From: Bacillota bacterium
Lineage (GTDB): Bacteria; Bacillota; Limnochordia; DTU087
Direction: 5' to 3'
DNA length: 61,130 bases
NCBI GenBank assembly: GCA_012518315.1
Contig: JAAYSL010000076.1
Location: 1 to 61,130 of the forward strand
The position numbers and the translations under genes were made by a program. Under the pieces are notes generated by a model, which was given only the letters and a program-made list of their open reading frames with translations, did not search any database and had not been told where the DNA came from. Of the stretch, positions 36,403-45,483 are shown piece after piece (positions within the stretch are counted from its first letter, which is position 1; the number at the start of each line of letters is the position of its first letter).

Positions 36403-37143
36403 CTAAACCTGTGCCGAATAAAGCGTTCCATCCTGCAACACTACTGCTCGATCGATGACCTTCCCTAGACTCTTGGCATCATGACTGATCACCAATACAC
36501 TCAGTCCCAACTCTCGGCGAATAGTGGACAAAAGCTCAGGCAAGTTATCCCGAGCGGCTACATCCAGATAAGTAGTGGGCTCATCGAGTAACAGTAGCTG
36601 GGGTTTCCTTACTAGGGCTCTAGCAATAGCTACTCGCTGCTTTTGCCCCCCAGAGAGTTCCCGGCAGTCAGAAAGAGCCAGCTCACCGAGGCCTAAAAGC
36701 TCCAGCGTCTCTATCACCAACTGCCGATCCGATGAGGAGGGGCGCCGCAAACCGGCAAAGCTTGTGCCCCACCTGCCCAGTAGCACAGCGTCATGCACCT
36801 GAATAGGCAAACGCCCATCAGAGCGGGCTTGAGGAACATACCCGATTTGCCGCCGTGCCCAGCCCCGTGCGCCCGCTGTGTCAAGCTCCCTACCCAGAAT
36901 TCGTACACACCCACTCCACGGGATAAGAAGACCCATAATCACCTTAAAAAGAGTGGTCTTTCCCGCACCATTTTCTCCTAGAATAGCACAACACTCGCCT
37001 TCGGCTAAGGAGAAATCTATGCTGCTTAAGACTTCCTGTCTTGCATATCCCGCGGAAATGCTAGAAAGCTCCACAACTTTGGGTGACAAACCCATTACCT
37101 CCAACCCCTCAGCCAACCCCACCCGCAACCCGCAAAAAGTCAT
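36403..37143 (-). CDS. Metal ABC transporter ATP-binding protein
   Basis: Walker A GENGAGKTT, signature LSGGQKQR and Walker B LLLLDEP. The start is uncertain (ATG 37143 or 37095, or TTG 37089). Confidence 0.85.
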   Translation of the reverse strand: MTFCGLRVGLAEGLEVMGLSPKVVELSSISAGYARQEVLSSIDFSLAEGECCAILGENGAGKTTLFKVIMGLLIPWSGCVRILGRELDTAGARGWARRQIGYVPQARSDGRLPIQVHDAVLLGRWGTSFAGLRRPSSSDRQLVIETLELLGLGELALSDCRELSGGQKQRVAIARALVRKPQLLLLDEPTTYLDVAARDNLPELLSTIRRELGLSVLVISHDAKSLGKVIDRAVVLQDGTLYSAQV

Positions 37144-37305
37144 CTTTCCCTACATAGCTGTTATTTATTCGCCATTGCCTGTGGCTTCCCTCTTTGGCAA
37201 AAGACCTTCCCCATCTTCCCGGAAGCAACTCTATAGCAAAGTGCCCGGAGGGAACGTCAAGTTAACACTCTCCCCGGGCAAAAAGCGGCAAAATCAGCCT
37301 ATGCT

Positions 37306-37680
37306 CTATTCGCGGTCGCTATCTTCCAATTCTTTCAAACGCTGCTTAATCTGTTTGAGCTCGGACTCTAGCACCTCGGCAGTCTCTTGTAGTGCCCTGG
37401 CCTCAAGTTTGGGATCACTCTCATAGGGAGTCACGCCCTCGTAAGGGTAGCCTGGATTTGCCCAACCTGCTCCTCCCCACATAGGTTGGTGGTACCCCCA
37501 GCCTCTTCCCCAGCCACCTCCAAAACCGCGACCAGAACCACGACCGAAGCCGCGTCCCAAGCCACGTCTACCTCCTACCGGATTAGCATATCCTGGAACT
37601 GGGTAGCCGGCGCAAAAGCCAGCACCTCGGCCAGTCATGGGCCCATAGCCCCAAGGTCCAGTGCGATCACCTCTTGGCAT
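37306..37680 (-). CDS. DUF5320-family protein (RGG/Gly-Trp-rich with C-terminal coiled coil)
   Basis: MPRGDRTGPWGYGPMTGRGAGFCAGY is the characteristic DUF5320 N-terminus. GRGFGRGSGRGFGGGWGRGWG repeats follow, then an acidic helix. Confidence 0.75.
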   Translation of the reverse strand: MPRGDRTGPWGYGPMTGRGAGFCAGYPVPGYANPVGGRRGLGRGFGRGSGRGFGGGWGRGWGYHQPMWGGAGWANPGYPYEGVTPYESDPKLEARALQETAEVLESELKQIKQRLKELEDSDRE

Positions 37681-37705
37681 GTTTTCACCTCCTCATGGTT
37701 ATGGT

Positions 37706-37750
37706 CATATGCTCGTTACTATTATACATCTACTTTTGAGCATATGTCAA
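37706..37750 (-). promoter_or_regulatory. Near-consensus sigma-A promoter bracketed by a 9-bp inverted repeat, upstream of the DUF5320 gene
   Basis: The minus strand reads TTGACA-N18-TATAAT, with -35 at 37745-37750 and -10 at 37721-37726. CATATGCTC (37706-37714) and GAGCATATG (37738-37746) form a perfect inverted repeat flanking the -10. Confidence 0.55.
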
Positions 37751-37794
37751 TAACCCGAAGGTGAATCTGTCTGTGACTTTTTTGAAGCTTCCTC

Positions 37795-38262
37795 TTAGTC
37801 TTCGCCTTGGCGCCTTCCCCAAGGTTGCCTACCAGACCCATGCCCACCCTGATCAATTCGCTGTACTGCCTGATTGTGACACCGAGGACACTGGATCTCT
37901 ATGCCCCTTTGCCCGGTACCGAAGGGAAGCTCAAATTCGGACTCACATGTCCGGCAACGAAATTGCCGCTTGGCTAATCGGTAATGGCCCCCTTCTACCC
38001 GCAGAACCTTGCCCCCAACCAAAGCATCTGCCACTTTGTACCGACTGGCAGTCAACACTCGCTGAAAAGTTGGGCGGGATACATTCATCCGGGTAGCACA
38101 TTCCTCCTGCTCCAGACCCTCCAAATCCTTTAGCCTAAGGGCCTCCAATTCTTCTACAGTAAGCACGACTTCTTCTAATTCCCGTATAGGTATACCGGCC
38201 GGCTTGAAAAGCGTGACCTCTGGCATAAGTTCCACCCGACGTGGTTTCGGGGGTCTTGCCAT
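37795..38262 (-). CDS. DUF134-family putative DNA-binding protein with C-terminal zinc ribbon
   Basis: MARPPKPRRV..FKPAGIP plus an HTH-like CATRMNVSRPTFQRVL matches DUF134. The extra C-terminus CRTCESEF..CPRCHN is a CxxC..CxxC ribbon. ATG 38262 follows AGGAG. The track ORF starts at 38295. Confidence 0.75.
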   Translation of the reverse strand: MARPPKPRRVELMPEVTLFKPAGIPIRELEEVVLTVEELEALRLKDLEGLEQEECATRMNVSRPTFQRVLTASRYKVADALVGGKVLRVEGGHYRLAKRQFRCRTCESEFELPFGTGQRGIEIQCPRCHNQAVQRIDQGGHGSGRQPWGRRQGED

Positions 38263-38438
38263 AGTACCAACTCCTGTTCTTCCATTGAATATCATCCAGT
38301 GAAGCTAACTGTTCTTAGTCTATCATAGCTATGGTAGATCGGATCCGATTCTGCTTGACAGTATCCCATATCTCAAGATAGGCTAGGAAGTAGTTTTGGC
38401 ACTACTATCTACCTTGATTTTATCGGGAGGTACTGGTT

Positions 38439-39749
38439 TTGGACCCACATGCGAAGGGACAGACTAGCGGTTCTTCACGCCTAAGGGACTTGATCGCTGA
38501 GCAAGTTGAGCGCTGCCGCAAGATGCTGCGGACACCAGGTCCGAATGCCAAGTCTTTGATTTTCTCTGAAGCTTTCTGGGGTACAGCTACCTCCTGGTAT
38601 GCTCTCTATGGCCCCTTATACATGGTAGCTTTAGGTGTAAGCAAATCTCAAGTTGGCCTCATCACGGCTATTGGCCTCACCGTGCAAGTGATTGCCGCCT
38701 TACTAGGTGGGCACTTTGCCGATCAATGGGGCCGAAAGCGGACAATGCAACTAGCCGATTTCATCGGCTGGGCTATCCCGAGCATCATCTGGTTTACTGC
38801 TCGCAGTATGCCCCATTTCTTGATTGCAGCTGCCATCAACGGCCTATATCATGCGGCGATTCCTGCGTGGAGCTGCCTTTTGGTTGAGGACACACACCCA
38901 AGTAATAGGCAAACAGTCTATGCTTTAGTACAGATGGTATTTGTCGGCTCAGGGCTCCTTGTCCCCATCGGAGGGCTATTTATCAAGCACTGGGGAATTG
39001 TCGATGGCGCACGGGCCATGTATCTCGTTGGGTTGCTGATAGTGCTCTCGGCCCTCTCTATAAGACAATGGGGTGTCAAAGAAAGCACCATCGGGATAGG
39101 CATGGTGGAAGAAAGAATAGCTGCATCTCCCCGACAAACCTTAGGTGAGTTCTATAGCTCCTTTGTAATCATAAAAGAATCACCCACAATCCTGATCCTT
39201 TTCCTTGTGCAAACCATTTCCATGTTTACGACTGTTATTCGAAACACCTATGGAGCTTTATATATGACCGAGCCCATCGGACTCGGTCTATCACCTGCCA
39301 TAATCGCCATCATCCCGGCAGCCACCTCAACAACCATGATTCTGGCACTACTGCTGTTTGTCCCACACCTTGGCCCTAAGCATACCGGTTGGGGGCTACA
39401 AGTAGGGGCATTCTGTTTTTCCCTTGGCACAGCCGCCCTACTAGTAGCACCACCGGGACTAATGATCGTTCCACTCGTCTCAGCCTTTTTCAATGGCTTA
39501 GGTGCAGCCATCCTTGACCCAATTCGTCAAGCCACCCTTGCCAACGCCATTCCTGATCATGCTAGGGCCAAAATCAATTCTCTCATTGCTGTCTTGACAC
39601 TAATGGCTACGATCCCAGCCGGGCCATTAGCCGGTGCTCTCTATTCCATCGGCCCTCGGCTTCCCTTTGTCCTGGCCATCACCCTTCAGATTACAAGTCA
39701 GTTGCTGCTACTATGGCTAGTTGGGCAAGGCGCCCTAAAACAAGCGTAG
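38439..39749 (+). CDS. MFS transporter
   Basis: Twelve predicted TM helices and the MFS loop motif GHFADQWGRKR. The TTG start lies 8 nt after GGGAGG. Confidence 0.8.
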   Translation: MDPHAKGQTSGSSRLRDLIAEQVERCRKMLRTPGPNAKSLIFSEAFWGTATSWYALYGPLYMVALGVSKSQVGLITAIGLTVQVIAALLGGHFADQWGRKRTMQLADFIGWAIPSIIWFTARSMPHFLIAAAINGLYHAAIPAWSCLLVEDTHPSNRQTVYALVQMVFVGSGLLVPIGGLFIKHWGIVDGARAMYLVGLLIVLSALSIRQWGVKESTIGIGMVEERIAASPRQTLGEFYSSFVIIKESPTILILFLVQTISMFTTVIRNTYGALYMTEPIGLGLSPAIIAIIPAATSTTMILALLLFVPHLGPKHTGWGLQVGAFCFSLGTAALLVAPPGLMIVPLVSAFFNGLGAAILDPIRQATLANAIPDHARAKINSLIAVLTLMATIPAGPLAGALYSIGPRLPFVLAITLQITSQLLLLWLVGQGALKQA

Positions 39750-39769
39750 GTTTGCTTGCCGATACAGTG

Positions 39770-40522
39770 TCAGAGTGTATTGCAGAACCACTCTGCAGTC
39801 TTATTGATGACCTTTTCTTCCCAATCCCGCCGATTAAAGGTATGATCGGCTCCAGGAACGATGAACTTCTCCTTTGTCCCTGGGAAGGCGTTGTAATACA
39901 GGTTCGCGTGGGCTACAGGTACCGTGGGATCTTCGTCACCGTGGATGATCAAGGCGGGACCCTCATGCTTAGCTGCCCATGCTAGTGGTTCCTGAGTGCG
40001 AGCATCTTCATAGAAGCTGTAGTTTAGTACATTGCCACCTACGTCAGCATAGCCTAGTTCTCGAGCTTGCCTTAGCAACTCTTCCTCTTTTTCAAAGATG
40101 TCAAATAGAGCAACTGCTGCCCAAAGCACCAGGGATTTGACTCTTTCATCCTTACCAGCCACAGAAGCCGCCACTGCCCCACCCATACTAAGCCCTACAA
40201 CCCCCAGTCTAGTTCTGTCTATCAATGGCTGTTCCTGCAGAAAGTCAAGCACTCTAATGCCATCGGCAATCTCGCCGCTCACAGTCATGTTGGCGAAGTC
40301 CCCTTCACTATCTCCTGAGCCCCTGAAATCGAAACGAACTGCGGCGATCCCTTGTTCCACCAAAGCTCTAGCCATCTTGACAAAGATCCGGTGTGGTTCC
40401 ACTTTGGTACCAGTAAACCCGTGATAGATAGCGACCGCAGGAAACGGGCCTTTCCCTCCCGGTAAATGCAGCATACCTATCATCTGTTCTCCCTGACTTT
40501 GTAAAGTAACGGGTTTTTCCAA
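39770..40522 (-). CDS. Alpha/beta hydrolase (dienelactone-hydrolase/esterase-like)
   Basis: Nucleophile elbow GLSMGG. HGDEDPTVP and ADH supply the Asp/His region. The TTG start lies 6 nt after CAGGAGGGA. Confidence 0.75.
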   Translation of the reverse strand: MEKPVTLQSQGEQMIGMLHLPGGKGPFPAVAIYHGFTGTKVEPHRIFVKMARALVEQGIAAVRFDFRGSGDSEGDFANMTVSGEIADGIRVLDFLQEQPLIDRTRLGVVGLSMGGAVAASVAGKDERVKSLVLWAAVALFDIFEKEEELLRQARELGYADVGGNVLNYSFYEDARTQEPLAWAAKHEGPALIIHGDEDPTVPVAHANLYYNAFPGTKEKFIVPGADHTFNRRDWEEKVINKTAEWFCNTL

Positions 40523-40778
40523 GAACCATCCCTCCTGAAGTTGAAACTATGTTCTACATCGGTTTTCGTCTCCGTGGGGGCAAATCCTGCAGACTCTCCC
40601 CAACAATGACTTCAAGACCGTGATGGGACCAGAGGCATCTCATACCCTGTCTTCAGTAACATGGAGTTGTGATAAAAGCGATAAACAACAAATCTCCTAC
40701 AATTTGCGGATGGCTTTCCGTGACTTAGCTTAGAGTCTCATAACAACCCATTGGCTAAGCAGGCACGGCACAAGCCGA

Positions 40779-40856
40779 AACCGGCAACAAGTGCCGGTTG
40801 TGGGCTGTAGATTTCGATTGGGGCAGGCCATGCCTTTTGTGGCATGACCTGCTTAA
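40779..40856 (-). terminator. Two tandem GC-rich hairpins 3' of the LysM gene
   Basis: GCAGGCCATGCC-ttttgt-GGCATGACCTGC pairs at 11 of 12 positions. AACCGGCA-acaag-TGCCGGTT is a perfect 8-bp stem. On the minus strand only the second is followed by a weak U-rich tract. Confidence 0.5.
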
Positions 40857-40867
40857 CCTATCGCATC

Positions 40868-41953
40868 CTACGATACTGGTGGTATGGTGGCGGTTAGGAC
40901 TCGGCTTCCCACTGGTCTTTGTACATTAGCTGCTTGCTCGGCAGAGATGACAGCGGCCGTGAAGACCGATAGTGTCTGAGCCGGTACCAAGCGCCCCACC
41001 CAAGTGTCTTGTGGTGATCTAAACATGGTGGTAACTACCCAGTTGTCCGTGGTTGCTTCCCGTAGCCATAGTTTGTAGACTTCTTGATTGAACGTCGTCG
41101 GGTCTGGCACGTTGGAGGCTGTACCTAGGACTACATTGGTACCATAGTCTAGGAACAACACTCCCTCTCCATTAGGAGCCAGGTCGGTAGGCATCATGAC
41201 GATGCACCGTTTTCCCAGTGGTGGCGCTGGTACTGGGATACAGATCTGCTGACCAGGTACGAGCCTTGTTGGGTCGATTCCAGGATTAGCTGCGATGATG
41301 GCTGCTACCGTAGTTCCGAACCGCTGGGCCAGCTCGAACAATGTGTCACCAGGCCGAATCGTGTAGAAGAACCCCGGGCAGACCGGTGGCGGACCTGGCG
41401 CTGGTGCTACAGGGATACAGATTACCTGCCCGATCTGCAGGTTATTCGGGTTAACCCCCGGATTGGCCGCTTCAATGGCCGCAACTGTAGTCCCAAAACG
41501 CTGAGCCAGTAAGAAGAACGTATCCCCCGCCTGAATGGTGTAGAAGAACCCATTCGGGCACCCCGGTGGTGGCGGTGTGGGGCCTGGTGCTGGCCTCGTC
41601 GGGATACAGACTACCTGCCCTATCTGCAGGTTATTTGGGTTAACCCCCGGGTTGGCTGCTTCAATGGCCGCAACTGTAGTCCCAAAACGCTGAGCCAGTT
41701 TGAAGAATGTGTCACCCGCCTGGATTGTGTACAAGAACCCATTGGGGCATGCTGGGGTCGGCGGGGGTGGACCAGGTGCTGGTCTGGTCGGGATACAGAT
41801 TACCTGGCCAATCTGCAGATTATTGGGGTTAACTCCCGGGTTGGCTGCTTCGATGGCAGCAACTGTAGTCCCAAACCGCTGGGCCAGTTTGAAGAATGTG
41901 TCGCCCGCTCTGATAGTATAATTGAAACCTGGGCAACTTGCCGTTTGACTCAC
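40868..41953 (-). CDS. 4xLysM protein with Pro-rich linkers and a C-terminal RskA-like domain; no signal peptide
   Basis: Four copies of YTI(Q/R)AGDTFFKLAQRFGTTVAAIEAANPGVNPNNLQIGQV(I/V)CIP (LysM). The C-terminus EVYKLWL..AAVISAEQ..PVGSRVL resembles the anti-sigma-K RskA C-terminal domain. The GTG start follows AAGGAGGAGGG. Confidence 0.8.
   Translation of the reverse strand: MSQTASCPGFNYTIRAGDTFFKLAQRFGTTVAAIEAANPGVNPNNLQIGQVICIPTRPAPGPPPPTPACPNGFLYTIQAGDTFFKLAQRFGTTVAAIEAANPGVNPNNLQIGQVVCIPTRPAPGPTPPPPGCPNGFFYTIQAGDTFFLLAQRFGTTVAAIEAANPGVNPNNLQIGQVICIPVAPAPGPPPVCPGFFYTIRPGDTLFELAQRFGTTVAAIIAANPGIDPTRLVPGQQICIPVPAPPLGKRCIVMMPTDLAPNGEGVLFLDYGTNVVLGTASNVPDPTTFNQEVYKLWLREATTDNWVVTTMFRSPQDTWVGRLVPAQTLSVFTAAVISAEQAANVQRPVGSRVLTATIPPVS
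41234..41935 (-). repeat. Four tandem coding repeats of about 170-190 bp (LysM unit plus Pro-rich linker)
   Basis: Repeats 1-3 are nearly identical at the DNA level (for example GTAGTCCCAAAACGCTGAGCCAGT.. recurs). Repeat 4 is more diverged. Confidence 0.85.
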
Positions 41954-42092
41954 ACTAACCCTCCTCCTTCTTGCTTTTCACAGATGCGTAGGAACTTAAT
42001 CCTACAGCGACAGTTTATTCAAGGCTAGGAGAAGAGTTCTAGGAATCAATTCCTATTTGCCTGTTCCACCCTTGTCACGGGCGATGCGTGAG

Positions 42093-42938
42093 TCACCTCA
42101 TCCCCAATATCCGATCCATTGCCCGGGATATGTCATAGATTAGATTATCACCGTAATATTTGTAGGGCGATAGCTCTGTGTAAGCGTAATCACTATATCC
42201 AATTTCATTGAAAGCTGCCATAACCTCAGGCCAATTCACATCACCCTCCAATAGATTGACAAATCCAGCCAAAGTGCCCACTACAGTACGGAAATCCTTG
42301 AAATGCACCTTTTTGATCCGCGGCCCCAAAATTCTAATCCAGTCCTCTGGAAACCCATACAGTAGTACATTACCGACATCGAAATATGCACCCACATACT
42401 CACTGCCAATACTATCTATAAACTCCCGCATTTCCACCGGGCTAAGCAGAAACTTATTCCAGACATTCTCAATTCCAATACTCACTCTTCTTTCCTCTGC
42501 CTCGGGAACAAGCTCCCGCAAGGCACCTAGGGATCTATCCCATGCATCTTCATATGAGGTCCTCTCGGAGGTAGCAGAGGAAGCAGACACAACTCCTGGC
42601 ACTACTAGAACTGTATCAGCACCCAGCCATTTGGCTACATCCAAAGCCTTTACAACAACTGATTTGCCCTTCTCTTGCACCTTACTATCACTAGCAGTCA
42701 GTGGGTACCTCCAAAAGAGTCCTGTGGCTAAGCTCTTAAGCTCCAAGCCCATATTCTCCGCCATCTTGCGTATGGCTTTGACCTCGTGTGCATCACTTTC
42801 TAGTGAGAGTTCTCCTGTTTCATCTAGTGCTAGTTCAATACCCTCAAAACCAGCCTCTTTCGCCGCTTCCATGCAGTGCCTAATAGACCAATCTCCTGGT
42901 AAGGACCAACGGTTAATCCCCTTTTTCATATCCTTCAA
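42093..42938 (-). CDS. Xylose-isomerase-like TIM-barrel sugar-phosphate isomerase/epimerase
   Basis: GFEGIEL, IGIENV, YFDVGN and HFKD are AP_endonuc_2-type metal-ligand motifs. Confidence 0.7.
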   Translation of the reverse strand: MKDMKKGINRWSLPGDWSIRHCMEAAKEAGFEGIELALDETGELSLESDAHEVKAIRKMAENMGLELKSLATGLFWRYPLTASDSKVQEKGKSVVVKALDVAKWLGADTVLVVPGVVSASSATSERTSYEDAWDRSLGALRELVPEAEERRVSIGIENVWNKFLLSPVEMREFIDSIGSEYVGAYFDVGNVLLYGFPEDWIRILGPRIKKVHFKDFRTVVGTLAGFVNLLEGDVNWPEVMAAFNEIGYSDYAYTELSPYKYYGDNLIYDISRAMDRILGMR

Positions 42939-43133
42939 CCTCCTTGGAATTCATCCCGCAAAGCATATGATTATGCCTGTTAGAAAAATCCCCTGCCTGT
43001 TCTGATATGTCTTGCTAGAGACCGGGGTGAATGGGCAAAGCAGGTTAGTTAGTTTCGAAAGAGAATACACTCTATGTGCTCACCATACAATCAGTCGATA
43101 GCACATCACAACACATGGCAAAATACGGAGGGT

Positions 43134-44435
43134 ATGCCATTGGCAAAGCAACCTACTACCAACTCCCGGAAATCCCGATCCCGGGATCGCAACTACTACG
43201 GAGTATTGATCGATGGTGCCTTCTATTTTACGGCCGCAACCTTCGCGGCTCCCGCCACGGTCATACCGACTTTCGCAAAAGAACTAGGAGCCTCGGCCTT
43301 GATTATCGGTCTGGCCCCTACACTCTATAACATAGGCTGGATGCTGCCCCAGCTGTTTAGTGCACGTTATGTACAACAGCTCACCCGGAAAAAGCCGTAC
43401 AGCCTTACTATGATGGGAGCCCAACGCCTCTGCTACTTGATCATTGCCGTTCTCACATGGCTGATTCCCGCTGACAGGCCCCACGTGCTTTTGACTACCT
43501 TCTTGATCTTTTACCTATTGGCCAGTATTTTCGACGGGATAGGGACACCGGCCTGGCTTGAATTCGTTGCTAGCTCAATCCCCGAACGAAGACGGGGCTC
43601 CCTCTTTGCTGCCCGCACGTTGGTTAGCTGTATCTGTGGTCTAGTCGCGGGTTGGCTGACAAGCCTTACCTTGGAGCGGTTTGCCTTTCCGCAGAACTTT
43701 GGCCTGCTTTTTCTCTGGGCTTTTCTGCTTTTTGCTACCGGTTGGACGATATTTGCCCGCTTGACCTGGGAACAACCAGATGAGGCTGTTAGAAGGCCGA
43801 CCCTGAGCCTGAATGATTATTTGCGACAAATCCCCGGTATCCTGGCCAATGACCATCCCTTCCGTAGATTCGTACTAGGTATGATGCTACTTCTTCTTGG
43901 CCAGATGGGACTTGCCTTTTTCTCAGTATTCGGCCTAGATCGAATGGGATTACCTGCTTCGTATGTAGGATACTTCACCATCAGCATGACGGCGGGGCAA
44001 ATGCTAGCCGCCTTGTTTGCCGGTCGCCTGGGGGACAGCCAAGGCCATAAACTCAACCTACAGCTTTCTTGTATGGCTATGGGGCTGGCCGCCTTGCTGA
44101 CTTTACTACCCCCAAGGATGAGCCTAATAGTTCTTATCTTCATTCTTTTGGGAATAGCCAACACCACCTACGGCGTTTCTAGGCTGCCAATTGTGATGGA
44201 GTTTGCTCCTGAAGGGCTTCGATCCGTTTATGCTGGCATTGTCAACACTTTACTTGCACCCATTGTGTTCTTGACACCCATAATTGGAGGCTACTTGGTA
44301 GATGCTTTCGGATATAGCGTGGTTTTCAAAGCCACACTGCTGCTCAATGGTATAGCTATTGTGAGCTTCCTCGCCCTAGTGCAAGATCCAAGGACACTGA
44401 AACGGGATAGTACCATCTTCTATCAAGACCTATAG
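43134..44435 (+). CDS. MFS transporter
   Basis: Twelve TM helices. The start is uncertain: the track gives 43074, while ATG 43134 (MPLAKQPTT) lies just after GGAGGG. Confidence 0.75.
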   Translation: MPLAKQPTTNSRKSRSRDRNYYGVLIDGAFYFTAATFAAPATVIPTFAKELGASALIIGLAPTLYNIGWMLPQLFSARYVQQLTRKKPYSLTMMGAQRLCYLIIAVLTWLIPADRPHVLLTTFLIFYLLASIFDGIGTPAWLEFVASSIPERRRGSLFAARTLVSCICGLVAGWLTSLTLERFAFPQNFGLLFLWAFLLFATGWTIFARLTWEQPDEAVRRPTLSLNDYLRQIPGILANDHPFRRFVLGMMLLLLGQMGLAFFSVFGLDRMGLPASYVGYFTISMTAGQMLAALFAGRLGDSQGHKLNLQLSCMAMGLAALLTLLPPRMSLIVLIFILLGIANTTYGVSRLPIVMEFAPEGLRSVYAGIVNTLLAPIVFLTPIIGGYLVDAFGYSVVFKATLLLNGIAIVSFLALVQDPRTLKRDSTIFYQDL

Positions 44436-44492
44436 ATACCGGCGCATCTACTTGGTGGCTATTAGATGTGAGACATCTTGGATCTGGCCTAC

Positions 44493-44915
44493 CTACCGAT
44501 GATGGTCGCCAGGTTGCATTTTCTCCAAGACCATGCCGCGAAATCGTCTCGCGATCTCCACTGCTTCCCGAGCCTCATCTAGCGTAGGCTTTTGGTCGCT
44601 ACCAGCATCCGGATAACGAACTTCTACTGCATAGTCCTCTAGTTTATCCGCCATCTCATATGTCTCATTAGGCACTTGTTCCCGTTCAGCCAATAGATCA
44701 AGTAAATAGCCTAAACTGTGGCTCTTGCGAAATCTGACATCCAAATAGGTAAGATACCCCTTCAAGTATTTCTCCACGGCTTGTTGGCTATGGAAACAGA
44801 TGGCATCGATGTATCTAGGCCCGTGCTCAAGGGTTAGCTCTGCCACTCCCAGATCATCATCGGCCTTTTTCATCCATTCGCCGACTAGTATAGCCTTGGC
44901 CTCGGCATCGCTCAT
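44493..44915 (-). CDS. HEPN-domain protein (toxin of a HEPN-MNT pair)
   Basis: HEPN fold pattern with R-x4-H in RFRKSHSL. ATG 44915 lies 6 nt after GAGGAAGGGAGAG. Confidence 0.8.
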   Translation of the reverse strand: MSDAEAKAILVGEWMKKADDDLGVAELTLEHGPRYIDAICFHSQQAVEKYLKGYLTYLDVRFRKSHSLGYLLDLLAEREQVPNETYEMADKLEDYAVEVRYPDAGSDQKPTLDEAREAVEIARRFRGMVLEKMQPGDHHR

Positions 44916-45219
44916 AAAGCACTCTCCCTTCCTCGGTGATCTGGGCAATAAAGGAAGTCTTTACGCCATAGAATTCCTGGATCTCATCCTCGGTGTACAC
45001 CACTATATCAATGGGTATCTTCATTCCCCGAAGGTGCTTCCTTACTTCCCGTCCCCGCTTGTACCGGGGTATGCTAGTCTCCTTAATCACCAATAGATCA
45101 AGATCACTATCTTCGTCCGGTTCGCCATATGCATAGGAGCCAAACAGGATTACTCTGTCAGGATCGACACCGACAACTATGCGTTCCACAATTTCGCGGA
45201 TCTGTTCCTCGCTAATCAA
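44857..45219 (-). CDS. Minimal nucleotidyltransferase (MNT antitoxin)
   Basis: LFGSYAYGEPDEDSDLDLLV matches the G-S-x(n)-D-x-D Pol-beta nucleotidyltransferase motif. The TTG start follows GAGGTGA. The 3' end overlaps the HEPN start by 59 nt. Confidence 0.85.
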   Translation of the reverse strand: MISEEQIREIVERIVVGVDPDRVILFGSYAYGEPDEDSDLDLLVIKETSIPRYKRGREVRKHLRGMKIPIDIVVYTEDEIQEFYGVKTSFIAQITEEGRVLYERCRGQGYTSRRMDEKGR

Positions 45220-45483
45220 TTGGGAGTCACCTCAGTTCCTGATCCGAATCGCTCTCTCACCGTGGTGGGCCCCTTCCTTAATGCAATTTGCCTACCGCGT
45301 ACAATTTCTCTTTTTCTAGAATGATCCCTGCCCTTTTCGTGAGCCAATAGCTCCCCCGCCTCCCATGAAGCTTCTTCTAGAAAAATCGGCAATAGCCGTC
45401 ACCATAGGGACAGGTCGTTATTCTACCCTAATAGCCATTCAGTAGGCCTAGGCCGCCTAACAAATCTGCAATGCTTGTAGAAT

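Noticed and set aside
36878-37426. 182-aa plus-strand ORF spanning the ABC ATPase start, a spacer and the DUF5320 3' end
   Set aside because: It is antisense to two recognisable genes, low in complexity (Ser/Pro-rich), and has no ribosome-binding site.
41234-41935. Tandem ~180-bp repeats considered as a CRISPR array or a DGR variable region
   Set aside because: The repeats are in-frame LysM coding units with Pro-rich linkers and no spacers. The window contains no cas gene, reverse transcriptase or template repeat.
41954-42092. c-di-AMP (ydaO-type) riboswitch upstream of the LysM gene
   Set aside because: The spacer is only 139 nt and lacks the conserved ACGGGGA/CCCA elements. It contains only a short AGGAAT-CA-ATTCCT palindrome.
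42208-43005. 265-aa plus-strand ORF, the longest unexplained ORF in the track
   Set aside because: It is entirely antisense to a well-supported TIM-barrel isomerase gene (42093..42938). It is Ser/Pro/Thr-rich and low in complexity, and has no Shine-Dalgarno. This is the typical stop-free shadow frame of a gene with biased codon usage.
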